A stretch of 48,737 bases of DNA. Source: Candidatus Omnitrophota bacterium (GTDB lineage Bacteria > Omnitrophota > Gorgyraeia > Tantalellales > Tantalellaceae). This document shows positions 36,741-43,511 of this stretch, one piece after another. Position 1 is the first letter of the stretch. The number at the start of each line of letters is the position of its first letter. The notes beneath the pieces are model-generated. The model did not search any database. It worked only from the letters and a program-made list of their open reading frames with translations, and was not told the origin of the DNA. Made by a program: the position numbers and the translations under genes. The stretch covers positions 1 to 48,737 of the forward strand of contig JBDRNE010000007.1 of the NCBI GenBank assembly GCA_043811395.1, given 5' to 3'.

Positions 36741-37940
36741 TCACGTTGTATAGAAAGAATTAAAAGTGATATACTTTTTTGAAATATCACACGAAAAAAC
36801 AACCGCTTCTTTTTTACCATTGTGAAGATTTACTTCAATTAACACGTCGCTACTTTTAAAAATCGAACTTGTCCGCCTGTCCACTTCATAAAAGTTGGAA
36901 TTTTTCAAAAGCGTAACACCGTCCAGAATTATTTCAAGTTTATTGATATCAAAAAAAGCTTTACTAGCGCCAACCGCCGATGCTATACGTCCCCAATTAG
37001 GATCACCACCTAAAACAGCGCACTTAACAAGCATTGAACTCGCAATCGCGCCAGCCGCTTCTTTAGCGTCTATAACTGACCGTGCGCCTTTTACCCTGAC
37101 TTCAATAAGCTTATTAGCTCCTTCTCCGTCCCTAACAACTAATTTTGCAATTTCAGTACAAATATCTGTTAAATTTTTTTGAAAAATTTCAAAATCCTTA
37201 CCTTTGTCTTTTATAATTTTGTTGTCTGCTTTGCCATTTGCCATGAGCATAACAGTATCATTTGTGCTCATATCTCCATCAACTGTAATCGCGTTAAACG
37301 AAACTTCCGTGGCTTTTTTTAATGCCTTTTCAAGCGCTTTCTTTGCGACACGCGCGTCAGTCATCACATAACAGAGCATTGTTGCCATATCTGGTTTGAT
37401 CATACCTGCGCCTTTAGCAACGGCCGTCATTGTAATTGGTTTTCCGCCTGCTGAAAAAAATCGAATTTCAATTTTTTTCAAACGATCAGTTGTCATAATG
37501 CCTTCCGACGCGCCTTCAAGCCCACTCAAAGACAACTTTTTAACTAAACTCGGCAGACCTTTCAGAATAGTATCCATAGGCATAAATTTGCCTATTATTC
37601 CAGTCGATGAAACTAAAACCTCATTTTCTGCGACTTTCAACAATTCCGCGATAGTCCCGGCCATTTTCACGGCATCTTTCATCCCTCTTTTACCTGTCAT
37701 ACAATTAGCATTTCCGCTATTAACAACAACCGCCCTAATTAGATTATTCTTTTTAAGTTGTTTTTGCGCCAGAATAACAGGCGCGGCTTTTGCCCTATTA
37801 CGCGTAAAAAGAGCTGTTGTATTACATGGTTCCTCTGAATAAAAAAGCGCTAGATCCCGGCGTTTACGTTTAACACCGCAATGCACACCGCTTGCAAAAA
37901 ACCCCTTCGGAAGTTTATATTCTTTCATCTCTCGTACCAT
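36741..37940 (-). CDS. argJ: Bifunctional ornithine acetyltransferase / N-acetylglutamate synthase
   Basis: 399 aa. 'GMIKPDMATMLCYVMTDA' self-cleavage site, 'NDTV'. The start may be the ATG at 37928 (fifth codon). Confidence 0.93.
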   Translation of the reverse strand: MVREMKEYKLPKGFFASGVHCGVKRKRRDLALFYSEEPCNTTALFTRNRAKAAPVILAQKQLKKNNLIRAVVVNSGNANCMTGKRGMKDAVKMAGTIAELLKVAENEVLVSSTGIIGKFMPMDTILKGLPSLVKKLSLSGLEGASEGIMTTDRLKKIEIRFFSAGGKPITMTAVAKGAGMIKPDMATMLCYVMTDARVAKKALEKALKKATEVSFNAITVDGDMSTNDTVMLMANGKADNKIIKDKGKDFEIFQKNLTDICTEIAKLVVRDGEGANKLIEVRVKGARSVIDAKEAAGAIASSMLVKCAVLGGDPNWGRIASAVGASKAFFDINKLEIILDGVTLLKNSNFYEVDRRTSSIFKSSDVLIEVNLHNGKKEAVVFSCDISKKYITFNSFYTT

Positions 37941-37977
37941 TCCTTGACTTAAAACTAAACCATAAATAAGTTCAGTT

Positions 37978-38991
37978 TCACATTAATCCAGTTTTTTCAT
38001 CAATTCCCAACATAATATTCATGTTCTGAACCGCCTGCCCGCTCGCGCCCTTTAATAGATTATCAATTACTGAAACGATAATCACCATATCCCGCGCTAC
38101 TTTTATTCCAATATCACAAAAATTTGTACCTGCAACATCCTGAAGCTCCGGAACTTGGCCAAGAGGCCTTACGCGAACAAAAGGTTCATCCTTAAAATAT
38201 TCTGTGTACTTCTTGTATATTTCGTTTTCTTCCGGCAACCCTTTTTGTTGAATATATATTGTGGACAATATCCCCCTTCTTACAGGCAAAAGATGCGGCG
38301 CAAAATTAACCTGCATATCCTTACCTGCCACACATGACAGAATATGCTCCATTTCCGGAATATGTTGATGTTCATTAGCCTTATAACACTTAAAGTTTTC
38401 ATCAACCTCGCCAAAAGACAATGACATTAAAGCTTTTCGTCCCGCGCCTGTTGCTCCGCTTTTAGAATCCGCTATAACCGTAAGTCCGGCTTTTGCCACC
38501 ATCAGGGCTATAGGCAAAAGTGCAAGAATAACACTCGTGGGATAACATCCCGGATTAGCAATAAAATCAGCTGTTTTGATCTTTTCCCGATTAAGTTCAG
38601 GCAACCCATAAACCGCCGCATTGAGATTTCCCGTATCCGTATGACACGTTCCATACCATTTTTCATATAGTTTAACCGGTAATCGGTAATCCGCGCTTAA
38701 ATCTATAATTTTTTTTCCTTTTTTTATAAATTCCGGCGCAATTTTCATAGATACCGTGTGCGGTAGAGCCAAAAAAACAAGATCACTTTTAGCCGCGACT
38801 TCGTTAATATCAAGACTTTTACATGGTACTGAAATCTTTTTCGCAAACCGTGGATATAAATCGGAAAACTGCGTTTCTTTATCAACTAACGCCGAAAGAG
38901 AAGTTATTGTAACTTCCGAATTCTTTAAAAGAACTTCTATGAGTTCTTCCCCTGTATAACCCGTAGCTCCGACAACACCTACCTTAATCAT
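37978..38991 (-). CDS. argC: N-acetyl-gamma-glutamyl-phosphate reductase
   Basis: The track gives 37978..39018. I prefer ATG at 38991 ('MIKVGVVGATGYTGEEL'), preceded by GAGGAG. Catalytic Cys 'NPGCYPT'. Confidence 0.93.
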   Translation of the reverse strand: MIKVGVVGATGYTGEELIEVLLKNSEVTITSLSALVDKETQFSDLYPRFAKKISVPCKSLDINEVAAKSDLVFLALPHTVSMKIAPEFIKKGKKIIDLSADYRLPVKLYEKWYGTCHTDTGNLNAAVYGLPELNREKIKTADFIANPGCYPTSVILALLPIALMVAKAGLTVIADSKSGATGAGRKALMSLSFGEVDENFKCYKANEHQHIPEMEHILSCVAGKDMQVNFAPHLLPVRRGILSTIYIQQKGLPEENEIYKKYTEYFKDEPFVRVRPLGQVPELQDVAGTNFCDIGIKVARDMVIIVSVIDNLLKGASGQAVQNMNIMLGIDEKTGLM

Positions 38992-39010
38992 TTTTATCTC
39001 CTCTGTAAAA

Positions 39011-39039
39011 ATACCCAAGTCTGTATTTTACTTGGGTAT
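39011..39039 (-). promoter_or_regulatory. 10-bp perfect hairpin/palindrome in the argC leader
   Basis: ATACCCAAGT (39011-39020), 9-nt loop, ACTTGGGTAT (39030-39039). On the minus strand it is followed by TTTTTAC and then the RBS. A third copy of the 10-mer (ATACCCTAGT) lies at 39101-39110, upstream of the -35. Confidence 0.5.
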
Positions 39040-39065
39040 ATTATATAATAATGCCGTTGACAGAA

Positions 39066-39094
39066 AGTATAAAGTAAATGTTATGTACTGTCAA
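39066..39094 (-). promoter_or_regulatory. Near-consensus sigma-70 promoter for the arg...nadX gene run
   Basis: Minus strand TTGACA (39089-39094), 17 nt, TATACT (39066-39071). It is embedded in the inverted repeat GTTGACAG (39056-39063) / CTGTCAAC (39088-39095). Confidence 0.65.
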
Positions 39095-39212
39095 CTAAAA
39101 ATACCCTAGTAAATATTTAGTATTCAATCGTTACCCATATAATACAACCACGTTCGGCAAAAGAACAAATTTTGATACAATTTTTCGTTCTTATTGCACC
39201 GTTTCCCAACTT

Positions 39213-39245
39213 AAAAAAAAAGGAGCCGCGGCTACCCGCGGCTCC
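39213..39245 (-). terminator. Rho-independent terminator after rpsI
   Basis: Perfect 10-bp GC-rich stem GGAGCCGCGG (39222-39231) / CCGCGGCTCC (39236-39245), 4-nt loop, followed on the minus strand by T9 (A-run 39213-39221). About 27 nt after the rpsI stop. Confidence 0.88.
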
Positions 39246-39271
39246 TTTCGGTTCAACACTACTACTAAAAA

Positions 39272-39667
39272 TTAACGTTTTGAGAACTGGAAGTTTTTAC
39301 GGGCGCGTTTCTGACCGTATTTTTTTCTCTCCTTGGCTCTCGGATCTCTCGTTAAAAAACCTGCTTTTTTTAAAGCAATACGCAATCCATCATCACTTTT
39401 CAATAAAGCCCTAGCTATACCATGCCTTAAAGCCCCCGCTTGTCCGCTTATACCTCCACCGGCAATAGTAGCAATTACATCAAACTTCTTTAATGCCCCT
39501 GTAATATTCATGGGTTTCAATATAAGGATTCGATGAGTCTCTCTTGGAAAAAACTCTTCAAAATTTCGTTTATTAATTTTGATTTTTCCATCTCCCGTGC
39601 GCAACCTAACCCGCGCAACAGATTCTTTACGCCGTCCTACCGCTAAATATTCAATACGTTCTTTCAT
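39272..39667 (-). CDS. rpsI: 30S ribosomal protein S9
   Basis: The track ORF extends to 39736 and overlaps rplM. I prefer ATG at 39667, preceded by GGAG. '[19 protein letters not shown]', C-terminus '[16 protein letters not shown]'. Confidence 0.95.
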   Translation of the reverse strand: MKERIEYLAVGRRKESVARVRLRTGDGKIKINKRNFEEFFPRETHRILILKPMNITGALKKFDVIATIAGGGISGQAGALRHGIARALLKSDDGLRIALKKAGFLTRDPRAKERKKYGQKRARKNFQFSKR

Positions 39668-39683
39668 AATTAAACGCTCCGTT

Positions 39684-40112
39684 TTATACTTTCTTTTCTG
39701 TGGGTTTCTGAGCAATATGCGGATGCTCCGTACCAACGTACAACTTCAACCTTTTGATCATGGTACTTCCCAATTTATTCTTCGGCAACATTCCTTTAAC
39801 CGCGTGCCGCAAAACATACTTCGGATCTTTTACCACCATTTTGTTGTAAACAACTTCCTTCTGTCCGCCTGGATAACCGGAATATCTTTTGTAAACCTTC
39901 TGACTGTCTTTCTTGCCGGTAATACGCACCTTACCACAATTGACAACAATAACTCCTGCTCCATTATCAACGTTAGGAGTAAAATCCGGACGGTTCTTGC
40001 CGCTCAACATACTCGCAATTTCAGTAGCAACCCTTCCAAGCACTTTACCCTCAACATCAATTATAAACCAATTGTGTTTAACTTCCTCTCGCTTAACCAT
40101 TTTTGTCTTCAT
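39684..40112 (-). CDS. rplM: 50S ribosomal protein L13
   Basis: 142 aa. '[25 protein letters not shown]', 'GYPGG', 'MLPKNKLG'. Confidence 0.95.
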   Translation of the reverse strand: MKTKMVKREEVKHNWFIIDVEGKVLGRVATEIASMLSGKNRPDFTPNVDNGAGVIVVNCGKVRITGKKDSQKVYKRYSGYPGGQKEVVYNKMVVKDPKYVLRHAVKGMLPKNKLGSTMIKRLKLYVGTEHPHIAQKPTEKKV

Positions 40113-40200
40113 GCGATCACATCACCCTTTATCTAAAATGTCCATTTTATCTACTTGCTCTATGACAATCTCATTTTACCCGTTAAAATTAAGAATCATG

Positions 40201-40229
40201 AAATTAGCATATTTAACAAGGTTTGTCAA
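40201..40229 (-). promoter_or_regulatory. Weak promoter candidate for rplM-rpsI (tandem TTGACA boxes)
   Basis: Minus strand TTGACA (40224-40229), 17 nt, TAATTT (40201-40206). A second TTGACA at 40236-40241 lies in a 12-nt tandem repeat TTTGTCAAGTT(T/C). Confidence 0.3.
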
Positions 40230-40512
40230 GTTTTTTGTCAAGTTCTTGTTACCAAATGTCAGGATACCCGCTGTTTCTAATAAATAAGGCGTCCCACTTC
40301 TAAAAATAGAAATGATCCCTTTAAAAAAATTTTGCGCCCTTCTCGGAATTAAGCGCCTCGTTCTCTCTCCGAGTATTTTTGGCCTCCGCCAAGTTCAACT
40401 TTGGTTCATTAACAAATCATGGGTTTTGAAACACCACATTGATAGTACAATAATAGAACATACTCGCACGCTTTCCAAGCAATATTTTTTTTCAAACCGT
40501 TAAACGCTTATA

Positions 40513-40692
40513 TTATTTTTCCCGGCTCACTGTACGATAAAGAGCCCTCACCTGATCCCTATAATATAGGTTAAATACCTGGCTAAGAGCATCTTTTGAC
40601 ATGCCTTTTTTAAGCACACCAACTCTTTTTTTATTTTTACGCCTTTTGTCACTAATTGTCACCTTATGGGTATACAACTTTACAGCCATCAT
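40513..40692 (-). CDS. Small basic ORF (59 aa), unknown function, overlapping the 3' end of the AbrB-like gene
   Basis: ATGATG start at 40692 preceded by AAAGGGGAAA. 'MMAVKLYTHKVTISDKRRKNKKRVGVLKKGMSKDALSQVFNLYYRDQVRALYRTVSREK'. No family recognised. It could instead be the C-terminus of a frameshifted longer AbrB-like protein. Confidence 0.35.
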   Translation of the reverse strand: MMAVKLYTHKVTISDKRRKNKKRVGVLKKGMSKDALSQVFNLYYRDQVRALYRTVSREK

Positions 40693-40858
40693 TTTCCCCT
40701 TTCTTTTTTTTAAAAACAATACTTCCATCCTCATTAACAACAAACGCCACCTTATCACGGCTTTTAATCCCAAAATAATTTTGAAGCACTTTAGGAATAA
40801 AGATTTGGCCCCTGTCTGAAACTGTAGCATAAAACTGAAACCTAAACTTTTGCGCCAT
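40664..40858 (-). CDS. AbrB/MazE/SpoVT-fold DNA-binding protein (antitoxin-like)
   Basis: I prefer ATG at 40858, preceded by AAGGAGG. 'ATVSDRGQIFIPKVLQNYFGIKSRDKVAFVVNEDGSIVFKK' matches the swapped-hairpin 'S.KGQI.IPK..R..LG...GD.V....' pattern. Confidence 0.75.
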   Translation of the reverse strand: MAQKFRFQFYATVSDRGQIFIPKVLQNYFGIKSRDKVAFVVNEDGSIVFKKKKGENDGCKVVYP

Positions 40859-40891
40859 TTTCGAATTCCTCCTTATTACAAATCTGTAACA

Positions 40892-40920
40892 AGTATACAA
40901 CAAGTATTAATACTTGTCAA
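40892..40920 (-). promoter_or_regulatory. Near-consensus sigma-70 promoter with embedded 18-bp perfect palindrome (candidate autoregulatory operator)
   Basis: Minus strand TTGACA (40915-40920), 17 nt, TATACT (40892-40897). Palindrome ACAAGTATTAATACTTGT at 40900-40917, plus a third AACAAGTAT half-site at 40888-40896. Confidence 0.7.
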
Positions 40921-41089
40921 ATAATTTTTAAAATTTTTTTAAATAATTTTTGTGTGCATTATTTTCTCATATCGAACATCACAACATATAAAATATAACT
41001 CGTGTAATTGTGATCGTAGTGGCAGACACTCACGTCTCTCTGGTAGAAAAGGAACCACATAACTATTACGAAAAGCAACCACAGGAAGT

Positions 41090-41258
41090 TGCCCCTTCGG
41101 GCTGGCTCATGACATAACAATGGCCTCTCTGAAGTGCTTGCGTCGAAGAATCTGTTGTTTAGATCCTTCGACGCACTACGCTCGCTCCAGGATTACGGGA
41201 GAAATTGCTCCTCAGGATAATGGGAGAAATGACGTCTCAAAAATGACATACAATCCCA
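41090..41258 (-). repeat. Family 2 GC-rich structured repeat, long copy A (minus orientation)
   Basis: The reverse complement aligns with 42481-42654: about 85% identity over the ~87-nt core by hand alignment, with weaker flanks GATTGTATGTC / GATTATATGTC and CATGAGCCAGCCC / CATGAGCCATCCC. Central 13-bp stem 41141-41153 / 41161-41173. Confidence 0.7.
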
Positions 41259-41528
41259 GCTGGAGCCCTTACGGGATTGTCCTCCCTCTTTTGCTTTCCT
41301 GTCCGGCCCGAATATTATCGAAGAACGCGTCTCGCTTGTCCTACCTGCCTCGAGCGGAGTCTAGAAAAGCTTGCCAAAGGGAGCAAAGTCGAAACACGCA
41401 AGCCAACTAATTTATCCTAAGCGCAGTCGAAAAAATATGAAATATTATTCTTTTTATTGCATCTTTTCCCTCCCCTTTTTTTTTACAATACCCTTATGTC
41501 TTTTTTATATAAAGCATGCCGCACTTTT

Positions 41529-42110
41529 CTACGCCCGGAGTTTAAGTTCCGTAACATGCGAACATGCGTATTTTTCAAACATATACTGCTTAAATCGACC
41601 CATTGTTACCGCATCTGTATATTTTAATTCAGCATTATCAAACCAGAGAAAATTGCCGTTTTTTTCAAAAACACATATTGCGTGCTCTTTTTCCGATGTT
41701 CCCAAAATAACTATCTTTGATTCATACCCTAAGACTCTTAACACCGCAACGTTTAAAAGTGCATAATCTTCACAATCCCCATAAAGCCGACCAAGTGTTT
41801 CCTGTGGAAGCGCCCATTCATCATTTTCCCCATCCGCCCTGTACTGAATATTTTTTTCAAGCCATGCTGAATATTCTTCAAGTGACGTAATGTTATTGTT
41901 TTTTATAAGGTCAATAATCCTGAGATCTAATTCGGAAGGCCGACAAACCAAAACACTGCCATCTCTGACAGTTTCCTGCCTAACAACAAAATGTCCGCTA
42001 AAAGCACTCCCACAACTTGCAAAGCTACTGTAATTTGCAAATACCATTGTTATAATAACAGCTAAGCGGAATATCCTTTTCATCATCAAAAAGCAGTTTA
42101 TAATTTTCAT
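41529..42110 (-). CDS. Secreted transglutaminase-like cysteine peptidase (BTLCP / LapG-like, C93 family)
   Basis: 193 aa, ATG preceded by AGGAG. Signal peptide, possibly a lipobox ('ANYSSFASCGS'). 'DEWALPQETLGRLYGDCEDYALLNVAVLRVLGY...KEHAICVF...FLWFDN' fits the BTLCP Cys-His-Asp pattern. Confidence 0.72.
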   Translation of the reverse strand: MKIINCFLMMKRIFRLAVIITMVFANYSSFASCGSAFSGHFVVRQETVRDGSVLVCRPSELDLRIIDLIKNNNITSLEEYSAWLEKNIQYRADGENDEWALPQETLGRLYGDCEDYALLNVAVLRVLGYESKIVILGTSEKEHAICVFEKNGNFLWFDNAELKYTDAVTMGRFKQYMFEKYACSHVTELKLRA

Positions 42111-42480
42111 GGCGATTTCTCCTGAACTTTCTAACTTTACCTACGCCTAAATTATGGCTTTTTGATGTTAATCTCCTATTAACATATAGTTAATTTAACG
42201 TTAATTCTTTTAATATTAAAAAGATAGTTCTCCCCTCTCTTCTGTTTTTTGTAAGTTGTTTAAAATACAGTGGTTATACCAATAGGTGGATTATGTTTTG
42301 TGTTAAAAAACATATTTTCAAATAAAAAAACGGTTTTTGGGGTGAAATTTTACAAAAATTGAGATAAAAATCCAATTTATCTTCAGCTTATGACGAAAAA
42401 AAAGGATATAAAATCTTAAGTTATAAGTTAGTTAAATGGGCGTTTCCTCAGGGGAATTGACCAGAGTCGGCTCAGGCTAT

Positions 42481-42654
42481 GATTATATGTCCATGCCTCC
42501 CGTCATCCTGGGGAACCATTTCTCCTGTCATCCTGAGCGAGCGTAGCGAGTCGAAGGATCTAGAGAACAGATTCTTCGTCGCTTTCTCCCCAGAATAACG
42601 AGGAGCGCGAGTTGGACTCAGAATGCGTTACTATAGCATGAGCCATCCCTAGGG
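42481..42654 (+). repeat. Family 2 GC-rich structured repeat, long copy B (plus orientation)
   Basis: Internal tandem CCCGTCATCCTGGGG / TCCTGTCATCCTGAGCG. Central stem TCGAAGGATCT (42551-42561) / AGATTCTTCG (42569-42578) with a G-T wobble at 42557/42573. Inverted partner of 41090-41258. Confidence 0.7.
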
Positions 42655-42719
42655 AAATATCTTGCGTAACTTTTTGGGGTTTTTTAACACGATTTTTTTA
42701 ACACAAAATTTTGGGAATG

Positions 42720-43418
42720 TTACGTAGCGGTTTCTTCAAGTTTGTATCCAATACCTCTTACATTTTTAATGAAATTTCCTGCTTCACCTAACTTTTCTCG
42801 GAGGTGCCTTATATGCACATCAATAGTTCTTTCGACAACAATTTTTTCTTCGCCCCACAAATAATCAAGTATATTGTCCCGACTAAAGACTTGTCCTTTT
42901 CGAGTCGAAAGACGTTCCAATATTTTAAATTCAGTTGCGGTTAATTCGATCTTTTTCTGATTAACCGTAACTTCATAACGCGTAAGATCAATAACAACTA
43001 ATCCGTTACCGATTGTAATTTTTTTCTCTTCAAATCCATTTTCTACCTGCCGTCTTAAAACTGCTTTAATCCTTGAATTTAGTTCATTAAGGGAAAAAGG
43101 TTTTACCATGTAGTCATCGGCTCCCGAATCAAGCCCTGAAATTTTATTCATCTCTTCATCAAGCGCGGAAACTATAATTATTGGTATCGCTGACAAACTC
43201 TCTTTTGCTTTTAGAGTTTTACAAATTTCAAACCCATCTATTCCAGGCAAACTCAGGTCTAAAATTATAAGATCAGGTTTTTCCTGTGTTAGGAATTTAA
43301 ACAAAGTATCGCCATCCGAACAACCCTTAACTTTAAACCCTTTATTTGACAGGTACTCTGAAACAGTGTTTACTATTTCATTTTCGTCATCAACTATAAC
43401 TATCAATTTTTCTCTCAT
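42720..43418 (-). CDS. OmpR/PhoB-family response regulator (receiver plus winged-helix)
   Basis: 232 aa, ATG preceded by TAGGAG. Receiver 'VIVDDE', 'DLIILDLSLPGIDG', 'DDYMVKPF'. Output domain 'LTATEFKILERL', 'TIDVHIRHLREKL', 'IKNVRGIGYKL'. No histidine kinase in the window. Confidence 0.92.
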   Translation of the reverse strand: MREKLIVIVDDENEIVNTVSEYLSNKGFKVKGCSDGDTLFKFLTQEKPDLIILDLSLPGIDGFEICKTLKAKESLSAIPIIIVSALDEEMNKISGLDSGADDYMVKPFSLNELNSRIKAVLRRQVENGFEEKKITIGNGLVVIDLTRYEVTVNQKKIELTATEFKILERLSTRKGQVFSRDNILDYLWGEEKIVVERTIDVHIRHLREKLGEAGNFIKNVRGIGYKLEETAT

Positions 43419-43483
43419 GCATCTCCTAAATTGTTAGCATTGTGTTAAGTGTTAATGAGAAACAATATCTACTTTTATCTAAG

Positions 43484-43511
43484 AGTATAAGGACATCCAG
43501 AGTTTAGTCAA
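43484..43511 (-). promoter_or_regulatory. Sigma-70-type promoter candidate for the response regulator
   Basis: Minus strand TTGACT (43506-43511), 16 nt, TATACT (43484-43489). A tandem TTAACAC-TTAACAC lies in the predicted leader (43442-43455). Confidence 0.6.

Noticed and set aside
36593-36820. 75-aa minus-strand ORF bridging argJ and argB
   Set aside because: It overlaps the 3' end of argJ and the 5' end of argB in other frames, and has no RBS or motif. The argB start at 36618 with an AGGAGGGG RBS explains the region.
39040-39170. Canonical ArgR/AhrC ARG boxes upstream of argC
   Set aside because: The AT-rich strings such as TTGAATACTAAATATTTAC do not fit TGAAT-N4-ATTCA spacing. I report the other repeats there instead.
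39579-40136. 185-aa plus-strand ORF
   Set aside because: It is antisense to the unmistakable ribosomal protein genes rpsI and rplM, so it is a shadow ORF.
40312-40503. 63-aa plus-strand ORF between the AbrB cassette and rplM
   Set aside because: It has no RBS, is hydrophobic and low-complexity, and is oriented against every real gene in the window. It is most likely non-coding spacer or promoter region.
40921-41528. The 610-nt non-coding gap as a known housekeeping RNA (RNase P RNA, tmRNA, SRP/4.5S, 6S)
   Set aside because: I looked on both strands for the hallmarks: GAGGAAAGUCC-type P4 sequence, a tRNA-like acceptor/T-arm ending in CCA with a tag ORF, and the SRP GGAA/AGCA domain IV motif. 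I found none. The region is better explained by the family 2 repeat.
41120-41766. Plus-strand ORFs 41120..41410 (96 aa) and 41371..41766 (131 aa) in the islet
   Set aside because: The first is a translation of the GC-rich family 2 repeat (strings such as 'STHYARSRITGEIAPQDNG' come from the palindrome). The second runs antisense into the BTLCP gene. Neither has an RBS or a family motif.
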